From Octopus sinensis (lineage: Eukaryota): a stretch of DNA of 64,000 nt. Under the pieces are notes generated by a model, which worked only from the letters and a program-made list of their open reading frames with translations, did not search any database and had not been told where the DNA came from. Shown one piece after another: positions 52,753 to 64,000 of the stretch (position 1 is its first letter; each line of letters starts with the position of its first letter). The translations under genes were made by a program, and so were the position numbers. The stretch is from the NCBI RefSeq assembly GCF_006345805.1, contig NC_043017.1:19716001-19780000 (forward strand), given 5' to 3'.

Positions 52753-53889
52753 TCATCAAGCTCTGATGAAGGGGACAAGAGGTTCAATCTAATCGACTAT
52801 GACAAGTGTAAAAGATTTTGGTCAGTGCAGAATGACAGCTACAAGTAAGTGCTATTCCATGGTTTTGTTGCAGATGTTAATTAATTAATTTTGTAGAGGG
52901 TATATTGAGCGTGGGCATCAGAGAGGCTTTCTTTTACCCATTTTCAACCTGTGAGCTGTGACCAGGCTACAGCAGAATCACTCTTGCCAAAAGTGATGGG
53001 AAAAAGTAGCGCCAAAGCTGATGGGTGGATAGTACTACTCCTCAAACCCATGACTAACTTATAAAAAATCCTTAAACTCGATAAATGAAAGGCAATTAAT
53101 TACATAAATTAAAGAATAACTATGATAAGATAACAAAGCAAAACACAAAAAAAAAGGAAAGAAAAAGACAAAAAGCAATCAACCAATTGATTAAAAAATT
53201 TTTTTTTAAATTAAAGTTGGAAAAATTTTTCATCCCCAAAACAATTTTATGATCCTGTTGAAAAACATTCAGGAATGAAATGATAAAAATTCTTTAAAAA
53301 ACATGAAAAATAAAAAAAGACCCTACAAACTCAAAGGAATTTCAAGTGACTTTTCACTGTTGACTCATTCACCCACTCAAAGAGAATTGGTTTAGTTCTT
53401 CATTCAAACAGGTGGCAGGTAGGTTGATTGGCAGGTGGGTAGGGTGGGTGAAAGGGTGAGCGAGAGAGAGAGAGAGCGAGAAAGAGGTTGGAAAGGCAGA
53501 GAGGCAGGTGGGCAGAGAGGCAAGTGGAAAAGGGGACAAAAGGTGGTGGTGGTGGTGAAAAGAGGAGCACCTTTTTTTTTATTTCTAGTTGCTCCTTAAA
53601 CTGAGCATTGATCTGATAGACAGAGAGTGGGGGGGGAAGAGATGGGGAAAGAAAGATAAAGAGAGAGAGAAAGATAGAAAGAGGAAAAAGAGAGAGAAAG
53701 GGAGAGAGGTGAAGAGAGAGGGGGTACAGAAAGGGAAAGAATTAATTACTTTGAAAGGGCTTCCCTAAAAATCTTCTGCAATCAGTTGTCTGTTCCATGT
53801 AACATCATTTCAATCAAACTGACATTGCTCGCCCAGATCTCAGTGTGCGTATGTGGAGATAAACAAATTCTGTTCAAGGAAGCCAAATG

Positions 53890-53890
53890 T

Positions 53891-53961
<71 letters not shown>

Positions 53962-53989
53962 TATATATATATATGTATATATAAATATG

Positions 53990-54055
<66 letters not shown>

Positions 54056-54146
54056 GATATATATATGTATGTATATATATATGTATATATATATGTATGT
54101 ATGTATGTATATATATATATAATATATGTGTGTGTGTGGTGTGTAT

Positions 54147-54199
<53 letters not shown>

Positions 54200-54210
54200 A
54201 TATATATATA

Positions 54211-54260
<50 letters not shown>

Positions 54261-54300
54261 TACACACACACTCATACAAAAATATATATATATATACCTA
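53890..54300. repeat. (TA)n/(TG)n microsatellite
   Basis: Direct reading. Confidence 0.95.
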
Positions 54301-54544
54301 TATACCATAAGAGGAAAGAACATGGAGTGTAACTTGGTATTCCTGCATTCCATTTGTTACATATGATTCAGTATTCGTCAGCACATGACACCACATTACA
54401 GATGCAACATGTTGATGCAGCTTAAAGGGCCAGCATGCAGCAAACACATTACCTGACAATTGAAAAAGAAATACCTGTGGCATGTTTAACATTAGAGTTG
54501 AAACCCATGCAGTTTGATTGTCCCTCGTTGAGTGCATCCAATCA

Positions 54545-54585
<41 letters not shown>

Positions 54586-54610
54586 GTCTATCTATCTACT
54601 TATCTGTCTG

Positions 54611-54645
<35 letters not shown>

Positions 54646-54662
54646 GTCTATCTATCTATCTA

Positions 54663-54745
<83 letters not shown>

Positions 54746-54818
54746 GTCTATCTATCTATCTACTTATCTGTCTGTCTATCTATCTATCTATCTATCCATC
54801 TATCTACTTATCTGTCTG

Positions 54819-54882
<64 letters not shown>

Positions 54883-54914
54883 CTTATCTGTCTGTCTATC
54901 TATCTATCTATCTA

Positions 54915-54969
<55 letters not shown>

Positions 54970-55010
54970 CTTATCTGTCTGTCTGTCTATCTATCTATCT
55001 ATGTATGTAT
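54545..55010. repeat. (TCTA)n/(TCTG)n microsatellite
   Basis: Direct reading. Confidence 0.97.
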
Positions 55011-55542
55011 GCAAAATTACATTTCAGAACAATCCAATATTTCTCTCTCTCTCTCTCTCTCTCCTCTTCAATTCTATTTTCCATTATATGATCAGAAAGT
55101 AGCATGGAGCGGAAGCAGGGGTCCATCGGATTCATTGCTCTACCTGGGGCTCAAACAGATAGGGACTTAACTTCATACTCTCACCATACACACATATAGT
55201 TCCACAGTGCCACAGTAACAAAAGAAAAAAAACCCCACAAAACAAACAAGCCCCAAAACAAAGGAGAAAATAATCAAATGAGACCAACAACACGGAGGAG
55301 AGTGTTTCTCGGGGCTAAATCAGTTATTCAAAGCCGATAACAACACATCTTTTGCAGATTCACAACAGAATGTATTATCATCAATATGGCATGAAATAAA
55401 CTGTATTTGAGAGTTAAACAGATCCTGTTATTCCTTTGTTTCGACATTGTTTTGCTTGTAAGTAGTTTGTTTTTTGTGTGTTCAAAGTGATTAGGAGAAA
55501 TAGAGGTAGAAACAGTGAATGTTTGTGTTTTGTGTTCTTATA

Positions 55543-56147
55543 GGCATAGGGAGTGGCTGTGTGGTAAGTAGCTTGATTACCAGCCACATAGTTCCGGGTT
55601 CAGTCCCACTGCGTGGCACCTTGGGCAAGTGTCTTCTACTCTAGCCTCGGGCCGACCAAAGCCTTGTGAGTGGATTTGGTAGACGGAAACTGAAAGAAGC
55701 CTGTCGTATATATGTATATATATAGTTAATCCAAACAAGAAAGCACAAAAAAACACAACAACGCGAGGACGTGGAACAAATATAGTATTATTGGACGCTC
55801 AGGAAAGAAGGAGGGTTTAACGTTTTGAGCGGAGCTCTTCGTCGGAAACATAGAAGCAAAGATCCAGAGAAGGGAAGACAGAGGAAAAAAATCGCCAACG
55901 GTACACACGAGGTCTATATATATATATATGTGTGTGTGTATATGTTTGTGTGTCTGTGTTTGTCCCCTCCAACATCGCTTGACAACCGATGCTGGTGTGT
56001 TTACGTCCCCGTAACTTAGCAGTTCGGCAAAAGAAACTGATAAAATAAGTAGTAGGCTTACAAAGAATAAGTCCTGGGGTCGATTTGCTTGACTAAAGGC
56101 AGTGCTCCAGCATGGCCACTGTCAAATGACTGAGACAAGTAAAAGAG
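55543..56147 (+). mobile_element. SINE family B, full length, with a Penelope-like fragment (55722-55915) inserted in its internal (TA)n
   Basis: Family B head and tail intact; the insert has decayed HHR-like CCGACGA-A-GAGC-tcc-GCTC-AAAAC-GTT on the minus strand at 55819-55845. Confidence 0.85.
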
Positions 56148-56649
56148 TATATAACAGAAAAGCTACACTATATATATAATATGCTTGTATGTGTGACACA
56201 GTCTTCTTTAATAGAAGCAAATCAATGTAAGCATCTTTTAAAGTAGCATTCGTTACTCATTACAGAAAACATGTGACTAGACCTTCAGTCAAAATAGCTG
56301 TAGGGTAATTGGTGAACTGGGGAAAATATATCTCCAGCACTACCCAAATGACCATATCAAATTCAGAATTTATCCAAGGCTGGGACCCTGTGTCATACAT
56401 ACTTCTCCTACAAAATTCAGGCTCACAACTTCTCCTCCACAGGTCCTGCTCTAATTAAGGTTACCCCAAAAGGAATCAGAGAAGTGGTAGGGAACAAACA
56501 CTGACATAAATACACATCTATCTATATCTATCTCTAAATTCAGGATGAATACTTGATAAATGTAAGCACCTGTATATGCCAGCTAGTGGCATAGGTGAGA
56601 GGATATATGTATCAAATGAAATAAAATGAAAAACAGGACACAAAGGATG

Positions 56650-56879
56650 TTGCGGTACACATGCCTACAAAGTCAGAAAACAACACAGCTCCCATGACTT
56701 TCGGAAACATTTTTTCACGCCCAGAGTTGCTGAAGCATGGAATAAACTGCCTGCGTCAGTTGTTGACTGCCATGACACTGCATCCTTTAAGGCCCTCATG
56801 CTTTCCGAAATCCGCCGAAACTACACCTGATTATATATACACTTTAGATGAGTTGTAGTGCACCTGAGCACTGTACACA

Positions 56880-56912
<33 letters not shown>
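56650..56912 (+). mobile_element. CR1-clade LINE 3' fragment with (ATT)n tail
   Basis: HAYKVRKQHSSHDFRKHFFTPRVAEAWNKLPASVVDCHDTASFK* region matches the CR1 C-terminal FF..RV...WN.LP motif. Confidence 0.9.
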
Positions 56913-56914
<2 letters not shown>

Positions 56915-57705
56915 ATGTTTCGAGCTTTATAAAACAACTTATTCTTACATCAATGTATAATTGACATAACAGATAGTTTAAAAGCCCTCTTCAGCCGCAT
57001 GCAATTGCTACACCAAAGACTTGTATCACATTATGAAAGGTTTGAGAAAGGACATTTGGTATTATTTATAATGGCAGGTAAACTGAGTATCACTGGGAAA
57101 GTATGTTTGTAAATCTTCATAATCAAATAGGCGTACAGGGTAATATTGGACTCCAAAAATCCGTCCATACCGTTTTCTCACTCAAGGCTTCTTCCAGTTT
57201 CCGTCTATCAAATCCAATCATAAGGCTACAGTCAGCCCAAGGTACCATGTGGACAGAACCCAGAACCATGTGGTCGAAAAGCAAGCGTCATACCACACAA
57301 CCATGCTGATGCCTAGCTTCGAGGAAGATTTGGTGTCTGAGGAACATGTACCCAGTAATCATTATAAAGTGGATGGCAAATGAGTAGAGAAAATGTAGGG
57401 CTGCGGGGTCCTTTTTGGTATTGTCACAAGAAGGGATTGAAAATTTCTCTTGTGTTGGTGCCATTTCTGGCGATCTGTTGGTTACCATGATGAGTGTTCC
57501 AGTCAATCCTTTCAAAAGAAAAGCCTGGTTGTCAAATTAACAGGCAAGTGGTTAAGCACTTCACAGACGACCCTTAATGTAGTTCTCAGGGAGAATGTGA
57601 CAAGGCTGGCCCCTTTGTAATGCAAGTACCACTCATTTTTGCTGGCTGAGTGGACTGGAGCGACGTGGAGTAAAGTGTCTTGCTGAAGGACACAACACAC
57701 CACCA

Positions 57706-57980
57706 GGGCGTAGGCTGCGGGGTCACTCCGAAAAGCTCTATCTGCGACGATTTCATCTCAATCGAAGAAGAGGGGCTTTCTCCGTCCGGGTTGCGGATCC
57801 GTGGAATAAGCTGCCGGACGAGATAGTGAAGATGCTGACAACTGCTCGGTTCAAAGTCTCTCTTGACCAGAAATGGCCTGAACTCTTTGCATGAACACCA
57901 CCCTGTACATAACTCCATGTCCCCCTACATGGCCTTGCTTTTTGCTTTTTGAGCCAAAAAATTAACTTAACTTAACTTAG
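57706..57980 (+). mobile_element. CR1-clade LINE 3' fragment with (TTAAC)n tail, nested in a SINE D copy
   Basis: LRGHSEKLYLRRFHLNRRRGAFSVRVADPWNKLPDEIV...FKVSLD; SINE D pieces lie on both sides. Confidence 0.9.
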
Positions 57981-58544
57981 GTACCGAACTCACTATGTTA
58001 CATGAAAATTCACATTACAAAAATGGTTAGCAAACAAGCAGAGATAGCATAGAATTGTGAAGTTCGTTAAGTACTAACTCATTGAGGACCCGACACACTC
58101 CCAAGTGAGTATGAAACATTTTGGTACAGCTGTTATGGAACTGCTTATTTGGCATCACTGATTCAATACTTTGTGGGGCACCAACATGCCAAAGAACATG
58201 TGTCCTCCATGTTTCGTCAATATTTCACTAATCATCATATTTACATAAAATGAAGCAGGAAGTTAAATTAATTTTGGTAGTTGATTAGTCTAGTAGTTTA
58301 TCTTGATAAAATGCACCCAGTACACTCTGTAAAGTGGTTGGTGATAGGAATGGCATCTAATCATAGAAACTGAGTCAAAGATGTTATGTACAAAGCACTA
58401 GTCTTTCTGAGAGCGATGGCTTCCAGAAAGAAGCGACTTGGACTATGACACCTCTAACCCATGCCAGCATAGAATGCTGAAGTAAAACAATGAAGATAAT
58501 GATGATGGTTTCTCATACATTAAATGTTAATGAACCAAAGAGGC

Positions 58545-59235
58545 TGCCTGTATGTGGTGCCACGATTTGCTAGAAACACCAGCCAATTTGTACATAGAAC
58601 AACATTGTCTTAAAAGAACAGGGACACATTAAGCAATGTGGTTTTGGATACATCTAACACTCCACCACCCCCATGCAAAAAAATGCATAAGTTATATGTG
58701 CAAGAAGACCTTTGACCTGTGGTCAAAGGTCTGTCTCCACAAGGCCTGACCTAGGGCTAAACACCAATGATAACCTAGTTTTTAAAAAATCTTTTTTGAG
58801 ACAAGGTGGGAACTTGTATACAGTTGCTTGATCCACTAGACATAGCAGCTAAATTTCCTTCTAACATAAGACAGGATAATGGATGATATAGTTCTAGATA
58901 CACTGTGGCATAAAAAAAGGGACTAGATGGTTACTATGGAAACACCTTTGACCACTAGTGTTTCTATCAGGATTGACCTAGGGCTACAACAACAACATGG
59001 GATGTGCAGTGTGTTAGAAACAACAGCCAAACTCACTTCAAATGATACATACAACTATTGTCTCTCTCTAAAAAGAAATATGTAACAATTGGATAAGGTA
59101 GTCCAAGGTATACTATCCCTAAAAAATAAGGCAAAAACAGATGAGATGGTCGTGGCTGGAAGACTTTTGATCCAAGGCCTACTGTAATAAGAGATCATGT
59201 GAGGGATAAACAGTAACAACAACAACAACAACAGC
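58545..59235 (+). repeat. Three diverged tandem copies of an unclassified dispersed repeat (family E)
   Basis: Recurrent ggataa.gtagtcc.agata and gacctagggcta.acaac blocks; minus-strand relatives at about 18960-19160 and 20090-20170. Confidence 0.6.
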
Positions 59236-59782
59236 AACCACAGAATCTCTGTACAAGGGAGCCTGTACATAGCTGTACAATGTGCTAGAAATGACAGTCA
59301 AATTCCCTTATAACGACAGCTACCAACTTAACCCTTAACATGAAAAAATAAAGCTTTTGGATATAAAAATTAAATTAAATTTTAAAAAAACCCCAAAAAC
59401 TGATATTTGATGGACATGAGAAATAAAATAAAAAGAAGGAAAATTATTTCTAGCGAATGATAGGGACAGAGAGAGAAGGAGAGAAAGAGAGAGTATGTAT
59501 ATGGAGTGGGCATGTTTTGTGTATGAGTGAGAGAGAGAGATAGTGGGAGAGAGAGAGAGAGAGAAAGACAAAGATACAAAGAGAGAGGGAGAGAGTTTAT
59601 GTGCTGTGTGTGTGAGTGTGTAGTGTGTCAGAAGAGAGAGAGAGGGAAAGAGAGAATGAGTACATGTATATATGCGAGTGTGTGTGTGTGTGTTGTGGGT
59701 GTGTGGATGAGACTGGATGAAAATGTAAGTGATATCTGAATAAGTAATCAGATGTCTACATGCATAACACAAGTAATGTTTA

Positions 59783-59817
<35 letters not shown>

Positions 59818-59879
59818 GTATGTGTGTGTGTACGTGTGTATATATATATGCAAGTACGCACACACAAGCATATATATGC

Positions 59880-59918
<39 letters not shown>

Positions 59919-60653
59919 CATACATATATATATGTATGTACACATACACACACACGGACAGTAGAATACATAGGATAATTGATATCAGGAGATGTTGACA
60001 TACAAGTGATTACAGATCAATAATAATTCCCCCACCGACCAGCCGGCCGGCCGGCCAAGCGACCGAGCAACCATCCTTGCCTCACTTAGCAGTTTTATAC
60101 CGAGTTAGTGAGTTAACTCGCTGTTGCTGAGGTAGACACGACTGGAGAAGATCTATTGATTGTTTTGGTGGGCAAGAGAAGGAGTTTACAGAAGAAATAA
60201 AGGGGCTTTGTATGGTTTAAGGAGTCAGCAATGCAACCATGGGGTGCTGCCAGGATGCTGGTGGACTAATGGTGGGTTCGATCCTGCTGTGTAGCATTTT
60301 GAGTAAGCAGGCGCTGTCCAATGTGGACCTCAGGCTGGCCAGTGTCCTATAGCGGAATATGATTAGTGGAAACTTGGTTGAAGCTTATACAGAATATGTG
60401 TAAACATAAACAGACATGCATTCATATATGCATATATATATTATATATATATATATATATATCATCATCATGATCATGATCATGATCGTTGTTTAATGTT
60501 TGCTTTCCATGCTGCCATGGGTTGGCCAAGAGCTGACCAGGTAAAGTCTGTACCAGACTTCAGTGTCTGTTTTGGAACTGCTTATATGGCTGGATGCCCT
60601 TTCTAACACCAACCACCCAACAGAGTATATATATATAAACATATAAACTCACT

Positions 60654-60704
<51 letters not shown>

Positions 60705-60904
60705 TAAACTTATATACACACATGTGTGTATATGTACATATACACACATAAAGAGACACGCGCATCATTTCACATCCTTTTTTTCCATGTTGGCATGGGT
60801 TGGACAGTTTCACATGAACTGAGGAGCCAAAGGAAGCCTTGAGCTCCATTGTTTGTGAGTGCATGCATGTACGTATACATAGATACATACATACACATAT
60901 GCAA

Positions 60905-60938
<34 letters not shown>

Positions 60939-61549
60939 TATATATATACACATCATGGAAGACAGACATTAAATGATGATATATTTGTATATAGCAGTTA
61001 CTAATAATGTTTGCTGTGCTGGCTCTTTGGATTTGAAAATTCCTATTGAGTCCTGTATTAGATAATGTCTATACACTATATAACCTATATATATATATAT
61101 ATATACCCATGTATGAATTACACACACAACATTATGATATATATGTATGTTGGAATAAATGTTTCTGTGTATACACCTTTTGCTGATGTATATTGGCAAA
61201 AGATAAAAACATCAGTAAGAAAAGTTTTAAAACTGGTGTATTTCAAATGATGTCCCCTGTGGTGTTTGTTTTGCTCTAATTTACAGATACTCCCTTGTCT
61301 CTCTCACTGTCACAAAATGCAGTGACCCAGTAACCTGTAATTAACAATGCTACTGTAACACCGCCCCGCAACCTACAAGGGAAATATCAAAAATATCTAA
61401 AAATTAACATGTAAAGTGTTTGCTTCAACTTAGAAGAAAGAGAAATAGGTTAATTATTCTGGTGCTGGCAGAGCGACAGAAACTCTGAACAGTCATATTT
61501 AGGAAGGGTCGGAACAAAGAAATGAAGAGAGAAAAAATGCTGAGCTTTC

Positions 61550-62390
61550 CTTCATGACACTTTGGGCAAGTGGCTTCTGCTATAGCCTTGGATTAAGTAA
61601 AGCCTTGTGAGTGGATTTGGTAAATGGAAACTGAACGAAGCCCATCACATGTGTGGTGTGTGTGTGTGTGTATGTTTGTCTTCCACTACCACTTGACAAT
61701 CGGTGTTGGTGTGTTTATATCCCTGTAACTTAGCAGTCCGGCAAAAGTGACCGATAGAATAAGTATCAGGCTTGAAAAATTATAAGTTCTGGGGTTGGTT
61801 CATCTGACTAAAATTCTTCAAGATGGTGTCCTACGAATCTCTTTGTCTCAATCAGTGGTCTGTGGTCATGCTGGAGCAGCGTCACAAAGGGGTCGGTCAA
61901 ACAAGTCAATCCCAGTAATTCCTTTTTTTACTTTTTTTTAAATTTATTTTATTGCTCTCATGCTAAATTGCTAAGTCATGAGGGACATAAACAAACCAAC
62001 ACCTGTTGCTGAGGGGTGACAGTGGGGAAAACACAAACACACACATATACATAATCACATATATGCACACACACACACATACATAAATACATACATAATT
62101 GCATATATACACATACATACACTTACATACATACACACACATACACTTACATACATACACACATACATAATTGCATGTATACACATACACACACACACAC
62201 ATACATATATACATAATTGCATGTATACACATACATATACATACATACATACACACACATACACAGTCATTCACAAGACATTGGTTCGTCGGGGGTGGGG
62301 GCATACTAGAAAACACTTGCCCAAGGTGCTGTGAAGTGGGACTGAACCCACAGGTTGCAAAACAAGCTTCTTAACCACACAGTCATGTCT
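61550..62390. mobile_element. Tail-to-tail pair of degenerate SINE family B copies
   Basis: Plus copy about 61550-61900 and minus copy about 61950-62390. Confidence 0.75.
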
Positions 62391-63136
62391 AAAACATTCA
62401 ACACCATCGTTAAAAAAAAACAAAACATGTGAAGAAGATATCGAATGAGAACGTTAATATACAACCAGGATGGATGTAGATTTTCAAGAGATAACCAACC
62501 GACAGAAGGAATGGGGCAAGATTCCGAAGAGAGAGTAGTGAGGGCTCTGGAAATGGGGTGGGTTGGATTCAATTAAGTGTAGACTGATGCCCCTACCTAG
62601 AAATTATTCACATAAGGGAGCAAAATTTGGTCTTGTTCTTTCTTTTTGTTTGTTGCTTTCTGGCCCCTGGTTGGTCCCTGTTTTGTTGCTTTCTTCCACC
62701 CCACTGCTTTGTTTTTTGAAGAGGTACAGTATAAGAATTTAGAATTAACAATTGAAAGAAAAATCTGCATATATATATACATACACACACACATGTATAC
62801 ATACATATATATATATATATATGTGTGATGTGTGTGTGTATATAAATATATATATATATATATATAAATTTTTAGAAGGAAACAGTTGACTGTGACCACA
62901 AAGTTTCGACTTGTAAGCATTTCATCAGTATGACATTTGTCAGCAAGCCAACACTTCGAAGTTACTGTCAACCTTTACCTTGTAAAAATTAATGAATATG
63001 TACTCTAACAGAAAGAGTACTGAGAAATCAATACTTCAATTTAATGTTAAAATTTTTTTTCCCTACGTAACTTGACATCAAACCAAACCTCAATATATGT
63101 ACATGCATACATATATATACATACACACACACACAT

Positions 63137-63217
<81 letters not shown>

Positions 63218-63501
63218 TGGCTTAGCTAGCTGAAACTTCAAACTCACTGTCAGCACTATTCTTGTTCTTAAAGAAATTTATAAATTCATAATCTACAACA
63301 GTATGGAGTATTCCTTTTGGTTAAGTAGAATTGCATTAAATATGACCGAACATTAAAAACAAATATTAATATATGCATATATATATATATATATGCAGTA
63401 ATAACAAAGGGTAAAATTAATTAATTAAGAAGTAATCAATAAATTTCACCAAGTAGAATTCAGTATGAAAACAGGACCATTATACGGTAAATTTTTAGTA
63501 A

Positions 63502-63620
63502 TACTAATAAAAAGGGTTCAGCAAAGAATTGCCTCACCACACACTAAGATTTTTGGCTGCTATTTCTGAACTTCGGTGTGTGTGGTGAGGCAATTCTTTG
63601 CTGAACCCTTTTTATTAGTA
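63502..63620. repeat. Perfect 43-bp fold-back hairpin in (TA)n context
   Basis: 63502-63544 is the exact reverse complement of 63578-63620; 33-nt loop. Confidence 0.85.
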
Positions 63621-63654
63621 TATATATATATAGCCCCTTGTGGGTAGTAAAGAA

Positions 63655-63685
<31 letters not shown>

Positions 63686-64000
63686 TATATTGGCCTGCTC
63701 GCTTAGCCAGCGGGGTGGCGTAATTTGAAGGCTAAAACAATGCGAAGCGCATTGTGACCAGCGATGTGTAACAACATCTGATAGCCTGGTCGGTCACGAA
63801 AAAAAAAAAATATATATATATATGTATTTATAATTATATATGTATGAACAGATGGATGTAGTGAATAAAAAATAATTCTCAAACCTTGGGCAGTAATTTT
63901 GGTTAATGAATCCCAAAAAATCTTGTTGTTCCATTCTACCGAATTGATCTTGATGAAAGTATACTCAAAACATCAGCAAGGTTTTGTTAGCATGTCTCAC

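Noticed and set aside
53370-53430. Plus-strand 7-nt microexon pattern (cag|GTGGCAG|gtaggt) and similar isolated patterns at about 48030-48056 and 61287-61335
   Set aside because: These are isolated, occur on both strands, and sit in low-complexity context; they show the chance rate of such patterns.

Overview
Eukaryotic, very AT-rich, microsatellite-saturated genomic DNA. It is most likely a coleoid cephalopod (Octopus-like); this is inferred from the tRNA-derived SINE families and repeat landscape, not from a database match. I could not identify any intact protein-coding gene. Most ORFs in the track are translations of (TA)n, (CA)n, (GATA)n and (ATT/ATC)n repeats. The window is intronic or intergenic and is dominated by the following: four SINE families (my labels A-D); LINE 3' fragments (RTE x2, CR1 x2, R4/Dong-like x1); a deleted DD37D (maT) Tc1/mariner element; hAT-, piggyBac- and Merlin-like MITEs; three non-autonomous Helitrons; and one solo LTR. 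Several small minus-strand segments with strong splice sites (7-72 nt) may be exons of an unidentified long-intron gene. The most interesting signal is a set of hammerhead-ribozyme (HHR)-like motifs. One near-canonical minimal type I HHR lies at 31534-31593, and degenerate relatives sit inside or beside fold-back inverted repeats, often embedded in (TA)n tracts. This is consistent with non-autonomous Penelope-like or retrozyme-like elements. Together with other inverted repeats they would give abundant dsRNA in any pre-mRNA crossing the region. Boundaries are hand-read and approximate unless TSDs or splice sites define them.
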